DNA of 64,000 bases from the NCBI RefSeq assembly GCF_964204865.1, contig NC_135258.1:5394001-5458000 (forward strand), in the 5' to 3' direction. This stretch comes from Styela clava (Eukaryota). Under the pieces are notes generated by a model that had not been told where the DNA came from, ran no database searches, and saw only the letters and a program-made list of their open reading frames with translations. Positions 1 to 10,377 of this stretch are shown here, in pieces; positions within the stretch are counted from its first letter, which is position 1; every line of letters begins with the position of its first letter. Made by a program: the position numbers and the translations under genes.

Positions 1-1030
1 ATAGCCGACCGGAAAGCGTGGAGAGTCTTGAGGGTCTAAAAAGCGTTCCAAGCTACGAGTACGACCCATATTGTCTATTTCAATTGTGACCACGCGGTGG
101 TGGTTGTCCATTAAGTTTCCCATATAAGGCTAAAACTACAAGAAAAACAAAAATTACTTCCTGCAAAAACAGAAAATTTCACTTTAATAATAAGAATGGA
201 AATTGCTACCCTTTAGCAAAAAAAATAACTCAACCTAGCTTACCAAACATATTACATCCTGGGTGAGGCGGTAGGATTGAATTTATATCTGAGATTTTGA
301 ACTGCGTGTCCATTTTCGCTGATTCGTTCATTTCTATTGAGAGAACACGGTAGTTCCTAAACTGGTGTCCGTGGACCCCTGGGCCTGGCGGTTCGTGTTG
401 ACTGCACAGGGGGCCCGCAACATTATGAGTCTAAAACATTTACAAAAATATCATAATCTTATCGAAGTGCCGTTAGCCAGTATTTACCGTTAGTATGTTT
501 CGATTCAGACTTTTGTGAGTTATATTTTGTCAAAGGAAACATTATACTTCTTCGTTGGTTAGGCACAGAAATTGATACGACATAGGATGGGGGTTCGTCA
601 AAAATATAATTCACAAACAGGGGTTCGCGGCTCAAAAAGTTTAGAAAACCCGGTGCCAGAGAATGTCATCGGATATGTATATCCTACTTTCTACTACATA
701 ATGCCAGAATCACACACGCAGAATACTAAGTCTGATGATCCATCAACGTAATATCTACATAGGATAAATCTTAGCTATTTGACTTGTACAGTGAATAAAA
801 TCCCAAGTTTCGGTTTCCATTTATATATGACGTAATTGTACGCCTAAACAACGTAGCCATTACTAACCAGGGAACTATTATTTTTAAAAGGCGTCCGGCA
901 TAGTCTACAGAATTTATTACGCCCAATGAGGCGGAGGGCATAGAATTTGTATCCGAGATTTTAACTTGCATTTTTATTGTATTTGTCTGTTTCTCTTGAG
1001 GAAACGCGGAAGTGAATGTCATCGGAAATA

Positions 1031-1199
1031 TAGGGTGTCCATGAAGTCTTGGAAATTTTTAAATTTACGAAGAGAATTTATCGAAACTACAAATCGTTTT
1101 GTCCTGCAGATATATTAGATGAAATAAAAATATTTAGATATATTGAGAACTGACTTCATAACAAAATTGAAATTGTGGACGGACTTCATGGACACCCTA
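1031..1199. mobile_element. Tc1/mariner(pogo)-type MITE
   Basis: 18-bp TIRs TAGGGTGTCCATGAAGTC / GACTTCATGGACACCCTA flanked by TA on both sides. Related copies occur at about 20823-21018, in the other ZF spacers and at 47897-48091. Confidence 0.75.
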
Positions 1200-4100
1200 T
1201 ATAACCTTTCTACGACTCAGTGCTTGAACGACGCATAAAAGTCTGATGTTCTATCGATGCACTATTTCCATTAGATTAATGTTAGGTTTTGACTGGCGTA
1301 GCCAAGAATAATTCTAAGTTTCGACACAGTAACATAACGGTGATCTCGTTGGCGGGGAGTCATAATGAGACGTAATCAATGGATTGGATTTTTTACGTTC
1401 ATTCTCGCGCCTACTAAGGTTTTCCGATTTTGTGTTATGGCACCATATTGTTTTATTTACACTACAATGCCTGCTTTCTAAGATCTTAATTCAGTGGTTT
1501 TCATAATGTAACACGGAAACAATTGCATTTATTCTGGGTAAAACATAGTATTAGAATTAGACATACAGGGTGCTTCTCTCCCCTGGGATAAATATGTAAA
1601 TTCTATCCTATCCATATAGTCCTTTTACAATTTCGTCATGAAGTCAGTTATCAATATATATTAACCGGATTTGTTATTTTTAATCAGTAATTGTTTACGT
1701 GATTTCTACTTCATTTAATACATCTTTAAGGCCCAAGACAATATATGGTATCGATAAATTTCATTTGCAATTTTGACAAATCTTACGACCTTATGGACAC
1801 CCTATATTCTGAATTTTCGATAATTGTTTTTTCTTCTTCTATATTAAGTTTTATTCTAGGAATTTTGAATTTGTGATTAAATGATCTGTTACAATAATAT
1901 CAAAATGATAATGGCATTTGTATATAAACGGTTCTTCGAATATGGAACTTGTGGTCCGTCATAATCTAAAAAAAAAAATGAAAGAGGAATATTCGCCATA
2001 ATTGCCGACAAAATGCGTGTATGGTTGTCAACGGTGGGACCTCGTTTCAATTTTATTCACTTTCAATCGTAATAACTTTGTTTTGAATTGATTGGCCCTG
2101 CGATTTCTTAGTTTGTAACGAGATGAGAAAGTTTGAGAACCAATGCCATGTGAGAACCTTGGGTGTCGCTGCTAATAATCAGCTTTGGTTCCCCGTGGTG
2201 TCCATTCCACAGTAAAACTGTGCGCTTACTTTATTCCTCCAAATTTGTGCACGATTGATTTTTTGAGTCTAGCGAAGTAAACGCCGTAACTCGTTGAATA
2301 ACGCTAAACAAAAGTGTAATCTGTCTGGCGTGAAATGAAATTCGCAAATTCGCGCTCGACAGGCTGTCTATTTCAAGTCAAACCCACCCAATCTATGATT
2401 AAGCCGGTTTGTCCCATGTCATATAGGGTATAGCGTGATTTGAAGAAATAAAATTCGGGCGATATTTTTGAATCACATTTTTCTATGGCGTTGTTAGCAG
2501 TTACAGCATTTACATTAACATAACATTTTTGTCTGGCGTTATTTGAGCACTTACGGCGTGTGGGTTTCAGACACGATTTTTCAGGGGTAGGAAAAATAAA
2601 CTTGTCCTAACTACACAATTGCCTGTCTCAAAATACTGATAGACTTTTTCTTATAAACATATTCTCGCTATGTCTATTCTATGTCTTGCGAAACCTCAAC
2701 TGATAGTTACACGAATTATTGTCTCAGTAAAGCTCGACTCTACTGTTCTGAATGATGAAACCTTTAATTTATGTTAATTGTCCAAATAAACGTCCATCAA
2801 CCACGCTATTCTACACAAAAACATGTAATACCAATATGGGAAATATGTCGTCATTGCGTGGGACAGTCAGGAAATATGAAGGAGTGGAAAAATCCGTATA
2901 AATGACTTAGGAGGCATCAAAACAATGAGAATGTCCGAGGTCATGTATGATTACAGATATGTTTATCTACGGCTAAGCTAAATATTAAACACGACTTAGG
3001 TAATACTATAATTATGCATGAGCATTCAGGGTAGGCCTTACCTAGGCTGTGTGCTCGCCAGCTTTTACATTTACGCGGAGAGAGGTGTTTCCTAACTCAG
3101 GGGTTGGTACAATTTTGGGTACTCATGTAGTATGTGTACCAGGTTAGGTCATAATTTTCCTTATTTGAGTTTCATTACGAGTTCGGGGACTGTCTGTGTT
3201 AGCTAAGTGAATATATCCCCTGCCCATAGATTCCAGTCCCGTTACACAACTTGACGTAAAGTGACGATTAGTGACTTGAGAAATTGTGTTTTGTATTTGG
3301 CTTACCATCTGTACTGGAAGGAATATACGCCACTTCCTGAATATTCAAATACAAATGTATTTATATCCTCGAACTGTATTTACATATTGTTTGCATTAAT
3401 TGTCTAGTCGATAGCGAAAAATCTCGCCTACACGTTTTAAATGATTAATAATCTATGTTTTGCAATTATCTTGAATAAAAACGTGTTATTTATAAGTAAA
3501 TGGATATCGGTTCTCATATTTTGTATTTCAAAATCTCGCCATTCTCTTTTTTGTAAGTTTGTTTTCGGTAAATGAAAATAGAAGACATCCTCCGAAAATA
3601 AGCCCTAGTGTTATTTTTCGGATAAAAATTGAAATAAGACCCAGTCTTATTTTCGGGGAAACACGATATTTATACGAAGATAATTATGTTTAGGATAAAT
3701 CTGAATGTGTGTTTGCTATGAATAACCGACACATTTTTTTTACACACGTATTGCTGTATTGGGCCATCGAGTAAATGAGTGCGGGTTGGCTTAATTGAAC
3801 TTGCTGGTGTAATTCACGTAAACGCTGGTCGACTACGGATTCTAAAAACAAATACCTGGTCAACTATTCCATACCCGACATAGACTTGTAAACGTGGCCG
3901 TGGTTCATCATATGATTAAGCCGTCGGCTTTCATCTTCTCAACAGCCTTTTCTCCATTTTTAGTTCTATTGCGAGTTCGTGGACTGTCTGCGTTAGCCAA
4001 GTGAATATACCCCGTGCCCATAGGCTTCCGTCCCTTTACACAACTTGATGTTTATTAAGGCGAAAAAAAATAGTTACCTCCATATTGGTACACATACGTC

Positions 4101-6654
4101 TGGAGCGCCCAAAAATAATGTATGAAACACGTCATAACAGAATTTTTCACTCTCGAATTTGAGCCTCTCATATTTACCGAAAACATAAGTGATGTTTTCT
4201 TGACCTTCCAGAAATTTTTTTTTATAACAATTGCAAATTTTTCACTTGCTGTCAATCATCAGTTTCTATTTATTTTCCTTGTTTAATTAAACTCTTTCAT
4301 CAACATAGAACGCGGGGGCTAAAGGTCACCTTTTTATTTACTAATGTGATGACGACAATGCCAAGAAGTCATGAATTGGTGACACTATTGTGTTTCTGAA
4401 ATTTCCCGTGTTTGGAGTCGGACGAAGTCTGGTATCTGCTGAAGAGAATATATATCAATGTCCAAATTAAAAAATCAATGTTCAATACATTCATTTTGCG
4501 TTTCTCAAGTTCCTCTATGAAGATATATATCTCAGCAAGAAAAATATCTAAATCGGCGCCGTCGGATGGTCCTTCATTTCACGCTCTCGCTCTCTACGGC
4601 TTTCTTTCCATCATTCCCTATTGGTGTTGTTCGCTACGTCTCTTTGTTCATTTGCTGAACTTTGCCTCTATGCCGTCATCAAGCCTGAATTCAAATTCTG
4701 ATGATTCAACTACCAAGCCTCGCTTATCAATGATAACAGTTCTCCAACAATTAAGTTGCTAAAACTTGGCTAATGTTTATTTAGATATTTGAACCTTGGG
4801 TGTCGCTGCTTGATAACCAGCTTTGGTTCCCCGCGGCTTTCCTTTCCCAGTGAAATGTGTATTCGATATTATTTATTTGTCTTAATTTTGCATGTATACT
4901 TTTTTTACTGAATGGAAAAAATAATCTTGACTATGACTATGACTTATCTGGTTTGCGACACATTGTAGCAGAATTACAGCCGAAAATAAAGCAAAGGAAA
5001 CATTTACTTATTCGAATGAAAGCCGTTCACGGGCTAATCGTGTGTATTGCTTAATATTTGTTTACTTTAATATTACTCACCATCATGATTCAAGAATTCA
5101 AGATTCAATTTATTGTCTCAATGTTACAGCCGACAGGATAGATGCGGCGTGGATAAGACGTGTCAATGTGCATCTGTGAACCACGATTTTAACAAGAAAT
5201 TGTTTCCCGTACAAAATCGCGTTAGCGCTACAATCTGAAAACAATTCGCTAAGTGGGCAGGCACACGTGCTGAGCAAAGCGCGGTGTCTTCACGCTCAAT
5301 TCCAGGCTTCGGCATTATTGTACGAGCTTTTCCTTTGCCAGTACACCAGAAATAGTTTCATAAATATGATATATAGTGCTCGTTTACCTGGTAGATATTT
5401 TCGTAGATATTTTCGTGTTCAGAGATTAGTATGGAATAGGATTTTTTTTATTCATCCAAAGGACAGAGGGAAGAGGAAAGTCGATAAGTCAGCATAATCA
5501 TACCGGTACTGTTTACCACGACTTATGGTCCAGTTGCACTACCGGTACCGTACGGTACCGGTATCAGACTATTCGCCAACAGCCGAGATTACTCGATTAG
5601 GCTGTCTTCTCTGACTTTTAGGGTATCCTAAATCTATAATGATCCTCTAAATACAGAAATATCTGAATTCGCTTGGCATTGGTGTACCGTACCGGTACTG
5701 ATAATTAGAGATAAAAGCTCAGCGGTGTGGCGCATTGTCTAGCCAGTAGTCAGATCGTGGTAAGCGTAAAGATAATGCTTGCCACGGCACCTCGACTGTT
5801 GATTACCTGAGATGGGATTCCCTCTAGATTGGGAAACGCTGGATTACCATTCTTTGAAATAACTTTTCAGATAGAGAGACATAGTCCCGTTTCAGAGAAT
5901 CCCATTTTGACGAAGAAAAAACACCCCTCCTTTGGGGGAGATCTTGACATTGTTGTCCCTCAATATCAATAAAATGAAGTTGCACAAAAAACTACAAAGA
6001 AGCGCAAGAATAGACCGATTTACTGGAGGAAATAATTTTCTAACATGGCATTCGAGAGTGTTTAGCAAAAAACGGCAATATTGATCATGTGGCAGCCGCA
6101 ATTAATTTAGATTATTATCGAGGCAAGCATGGCGCGATATGACGCATCTGCCGTCGTGTCAGACGCCCCTCGTGAGACACATGCAGTGTTTGTTTGTTTC
6201 ATTGAACCAAATGAAGAGATATTCTTGGAATTTGCATAGTGCGTCGTACTGTAGGTGGGGTTTTTTGTATATTTCATTCGCGGAAAAAAGCAATATTATG
6301 GCCTTTCAGGTCTAATTTAAAACTAACTAACTGAATGGTTTTACTAAATTTCAGCATTATCCCACGCAGATAATCAGAGGTCCGATGACAAACACATTCT
6401 TAACGTTTAGAAAACGGAATGAGAAATCAAAGATTTACATTTTTTCTGTATTTTTGAAACAGTGCTTGTAGTTCCGCCATTTTGGATTAATGACCTTATA
6501 TATTATGAATAGTGAATTATGAATAGTGCTTTGAGAAATTGCTTTAAACATTTTATTTTTCTATTTCAATTTTCTTATTATGAATTAAATATCATTAGTT
6601 ATATTGTCATATTCTCGAATGTAACATAAATTGTTACTTGATGTATTAATATTC

Positions 6655-6966
6655 ATGGGAAATCATCCTTCATCAAAATTTTCTCCTGAATTTGAAGAAT
6701 TGCGAAAAAAGTCTTTTAGAAAAGCAAAACCACGGTTAATAACAGGAACGTCCGTCGGTGATATACTCTTCCTTGTTGTCTTCACGTCAGCGTTTGCTTA
6801 CACAATTTATACCGAAGGAGCAAGGCGACAAGCGGATCCGAACTCTTCAATTTATACTGTTGATAATCCTCCCCCTACTTTATTTGAAAGAGGTCAAAAA
6901 ATCTATAAAGAAAAAGGATTTGAGGGATTATTGGGAATAGATAAAAACGATGGGAAGACTAAATAA
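6655..6966 (+). CDS. Small single-pass membrane protein (103 aa), weakly COA3/CCDC56-like, overlapping the NOP2 start
   Basis: First in-frame ATG is at 6655 (the ORF-track TTG start at 6631 is not used here). The protein has a basic segment, then a hydrophobic helix VGDILFLVVFTSAFAYTIY, then a charged tail. There is no ATG in any frame between 6658 and 6949. The TAA stop at 6964-6966 lies 17 nt into NOP2. Confidence 0.6.
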   Translation: MGNHPSSKFSPEFEELRKKSFRKAKPRLITGTSVGDILFLVVFTSAFAYTIYTEGARRQADPNSSIYTVDNPPPTLFERGQKIYKEKGFEGLLGIDKNDGKTK

Positions 6967-9232
6967 AGATGAGATAAACCAGAGAGTTAGGGGGCCTGGT
7001 AAAAAAGCAAGACGGCAACAAGATTTCGAAATGCCAAAGGTATGGAAAGATGAACAAAAAGAAGGAAAAGGAATGACTAGTAGAGCGAAAAAACGAATGA
7101 AAACTCGCGAACAAAAACAGAAAAAAACGAAGACAACGCAACTTGACGAAGTCGGACAAGAAGAGAATGGGATAACGGACAACGATGTTTATATGGAGAA
7201 CGATAAACTTGGTGTGGATTATTCGAATAACAACGGCGATGGATTAAAACTTTTTTCTGGTGACGATGATTCAGAATTGGAAATGGATGATGATTACGGC
7301 GAGCAAATGGACAGCGAGGACGAGGCTAAAGCTGCAATAAAACAAAAAGTTTTAGAAGAAATGCTGAGCGATGAGGAAGGGACAGAAACCGAGGATGAAA
7401 ATGATACAGGAACACTTCTTGATGTAGAAAAAAAGACGAAAGCTCTACAGAAAAAAAGAATGGAAATTAACATCGCAGTCAAGGACGATCAAATTCAAAC
7501 GAATATCCAAGAATCTGAAGCGTTTGTTCTACCAAGTGGGCAAGAGATAGAAAAGGATAGCATTCCTGCTGCTGGTTTGGAAGTTATTCAGCAAAGAATA
7601 AAAGATATTCTTTCTATATTATCAGATTTTGCCAACAAGAGAGATCCAAATCGAAAAAGGAAAGAGTATTGCACTGTGTTGTGTAAAGATTTATGTACAT
7701 ATTACAGCTATAATGAATTCCTTATGTCCAGGCTCATGGAATTGTTTTCCTTATCTGAACTAGTTGAATTCTTGGAAGCAAACGAAGTACAACGTCCGAT
7801 CACCATTCGTACAAATACTCTGAAGACAAGAAGAAGAGACCTGGCACAGGCTTTGATTGGCCGCGGAGTGAACTTGGATCCGCTCGGTAACTGGACTAAG
7901 GTTGGGTTGGTTGTCTATGATTCTTCTGTTCCTATCGGAGCAACGCCGGAGTACTTAGCTGGTCATTATATACTTCAGGGAGCATCAAGTTTTCTTCCTG
8001 TTATTGCATTAGCTCCTCAACCAGGAGAAAGAATTCTTGACATGTGTGCTGCCCCTGGCGGCAAAACGTCTTACGTTGCTCAATTAATGAAAAATACTGG
8101 CCTGGTGTTTGCGAATGATGTCAATGCTGCTAGAATACGTGCTGTAGTTGGAAATCTGCACAGACTCGGGGTTAGTAATTCTGTCGTTTCGAATTATGAT
8201 GGGAGATCGTTTCCTACCATTATGGGTAATTTTTCTCGGGTTTTACTGGATGCTCCATGCAGTGGAACCGGTGTGATATCTAAAGATCCTTCAATAAAAA
8301 CAAATAAGGACGAAGACGATATAAAACGATGTTCCCATTTACAAAAAGAATTAATTTTGTCGGCTATTGATTCTTGCAATGCTAAATCAGATACAGGTGG
8401 ATATATTGTTTATTGTACTTGTTCTATTCTGGTTGAGGAAAATGAGGATGTGGTGAATTACGCTTTGAAAAGGAGAAACGTAAAACTTGTTGAAACTGGC
8501 CTCGATTTCGGCACAGCTGGATTCGTAAATTACCGTAATTTCCGATTCCATCCTTCGCTGAAATTAACAAAACGAGTGTACCCACATACTCAAAATATGG
8601 ACGGTTTTTACATTGCAAAATTGAAGAAATTTTCGAACACAATTCCTGTCGTGAAAGACGAAGAAATTGAAGGAGGGGAAGATGTTGAGATTGAAAATGC
8701 TGAAAAGACAGAAAAAACAGAATCAGAAACAGAAAAACCACAGGGAAAAAAGAAAATTCAAGATTCAAAAGGAACAAAACGGAAAGTAGATGCAATGAAA
8801 CAGCTTAAAAAGTATCAAAAGAATAAACATAAACCCGGTGCTTTAATTCGTCCAATCATTGGAGTGAAAGAGAAAAAACGTAGTATTACTAAATACATAG
8901 AGGCCAAACAAGGTAAAATAGCACCAAAGAACATAAAGAAAGAAAAGAACGTGCCCCAAGCCAACCCAAAAAAGCAAAAGTCAAAGAAACCTGATCAGAA
9001 GTTGAACAAAATAAACAAAAATACAAAACCGAAAATTAACGAAACGAAAAAAGTGGACATTCTACCCGCCGTGAAAAAGGACTCTGAAAAGTCGCCCAAA
9101 ATTGAAAAACCTGCGACTGAAAAACCTAAAATAGAATCAGGTATTCAGCAAAAAAGTCCCAAAGCTAAAAGTAAGCGTCGTATGAGCATGAAGGAGATTA
9201 TACGAATGCGACAGAACCTTCTAGACGAGTGA
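6950..9232 (+). CDS. NOP2: NOP2/NOL1/NSUN1 28S rRNA cytosine-C5 methyltransferase, intronless
   Basis: N-terminal MGR...RGPGKKARRQ, an acidic tract, RTNTLKTRRRDLAQALI, SAM motif DMCAAPGGKT, catalytic DAPCSG and TCS motifs, PHTQNMDGFY, and a Lys-rich tail. Confidence 0.97.
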   Translation: MGRLNKDEINQRVRGPGKKARRQQDFEMPKVWKDEQKEGKGMTSRAKKRMKTREQKQKKTKTTQLDEVGQEENGITDNDVYMENDKLGVDYSNNNGDGLKLFSGDDDSELEMDDDYGEQMDSEDEAKAAIKQKVLEEMLSDEEGTETEDENDTGTLLDVEKKTKALQKKRMEINIAVKDDQIQTNIQESEAFVLPSGQEIEKDSIPAAGLEVIQQRIKDILSILSDFANKRDPNRKRKEYCTVLCKDLCTYYSYNEFLMSRLMELFSLSELVEFLEANEVQRPITIRTNTLKTRRRDLAQALIGRGVNLDPLGNWTKVGLVVYDSSVPIGATPEYLAGHYILQGASSFLPVIALAPQPGERILDMCAAPGGKTSYVAQLMKNTGLVFANDVNAARIRAVVGNLHRLGVSNSVVSNYDGRSFPTIMGNFSRVLLDAPCSGTGVISKDPSIKTNKDEDDIKRCSHLQKELILSAIDSCNAKSDTGGYIVYCTCSILVEENEDVVNYALKRRNVKLVETGLDFGTAGFVNYRNFRFHPSLKLTKRVYPHTQNMDGFYIAKLKKFSNTIPVVKDEEIEGGEDVEIENAEKTEKTESETEKPQGKKKIQDSKGTKRKVDAMKQLKKYQKNKHKPGALIRPIIGVKEKKRSITKYIEAKQGKIAPKNIKKEKNVPQANPKKQKSKKPDQKLNKINKNTKPKINETKKVDILPAVKKDSEKSPKIEKPATEKPKIESGIQQKSPKAKSKRRMSMKEIIRMRQNLLDE

Positions 9233-10024
9233 ATTTGGCATTACGGCCCTTCTCCCCATGAAACGTCCTCCCCCCACCCTCTTCTCAAAAAAAAAATCAA
9301 ATAAGTATAATTTTTCCTTTGATGTCATTAAATAAGTCATGGAACATTGTAAAAATATTTGCTGGGAAATTCTGACTGACATCAATAATATTAAATCATA
9401 AATCAGAATTCTAAAATATCTAATTTTTCGATAAAAACAGTTCTAGTTTAGCTGCATGCTAATTTCTGTTTAACATTTTGGACATTAATTTTGAATGCTG
9501 TTTTCCGCCAGTGATTGTAGAGATATCATATTATTCTGTATTTTTTTGTTTAAACTTATTTCCAATGTTCGCATTGTATTTGCCTTATACTTTGCCTCAT
9601 TTGAACTTTACAACTTCTGGTGTGGTGCCCTAAATGGTCTCAATTATTTTGATCTTACAGCTCAATGACTCCCACTTTACCCGATGTATTGAATTGGGTA
9701 AGCCATAACAACTTCCCCTAAAAAATAGTATTTAAAAAACCTATTGTAAAATGTGTATTTCTTGAATAGAAAAATTTGAAATTTAGTGAATGAAATGGCA
9801 TAATTATTATGTCCCAAAATGTTTGGCACACTGATGGTCTTGCAGCTTGAAGACTTCACAATGAATACCCACCACTTTGGCCAGGATAAGCCATGCTAAA
9901 CACACTATTTGTGAAAAATTAATTGCGTTTCCGAACTGAGTATCGAATGGAAAAACTTTGATTTAGTGAAGGCATTTGTAAACTTATTTCCCAAAATATT
10001 TGGCACATGTTACATTATTTTCAG

Positions 10025-10237
10025 GGTACTCCTGTAGTGTGTGTACCAGGTTAGGGTTAGGCCATATTTCATTCCTATCTTCCTTGTTTTAGTTCTATTT
10101 CGATTTTGGGGACTGTCTGTGTTAGCCAAGTGAATATACCCCCTGCCCATAGAGTTCCGTCCCTTTACAAAATTTGATGTAAAGTGGGCGAACAAAATTA
10201 GTTCCCTCCATATTGGTACACACACTTCTGGACCGCC
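10025..10237. mobile_element. GG-terminal MITE containing GGTTAGGGTTAGG (Merlin-like family)
   Basis: Runs GGTACTCC...GGTACACACACTTCTGGACCGCC. Similar copies at about 3118-3270, 3950-4110, 51823-52007, 58657-58865 and 63136-63290. Confidence 0.7.
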
Positions 10238-10377
10238 CTCTTTAGTACCCATGATGACTTTAAATTATTCGCCCTGTTTCAATTTGTTAATCACAATACA
10301 TTAATGCGACTTTTGTTGTTTAATTGTAGATTATTAGTTAATGTTAACGTTAATATACTTGGTAGCAGTCTACAAAA

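Noticed and set aside
731-815. Hammerhead ribozyme or C/D snoRNA suggested by CTGATGA
   Set aside because: There is no correctly placed GAAA or stems, and the duplicate copy lacks the motif (CTGATGT).
4320-5500. Minus-strand coding exons (acceptors near 4440 and 4760, donor near 5386) and ORF 4412-4762
   Set aside because: The frames I read hit stops quickly and no protein family was recognised. At most these are non-coding or UTR exons, which I cannot support.
6631-6654. TTG-initiated N-terminal extension of the small ORF in the ORF track
   Set aside because: Eukaryotic context; the first in-frame ATG is at 6655.
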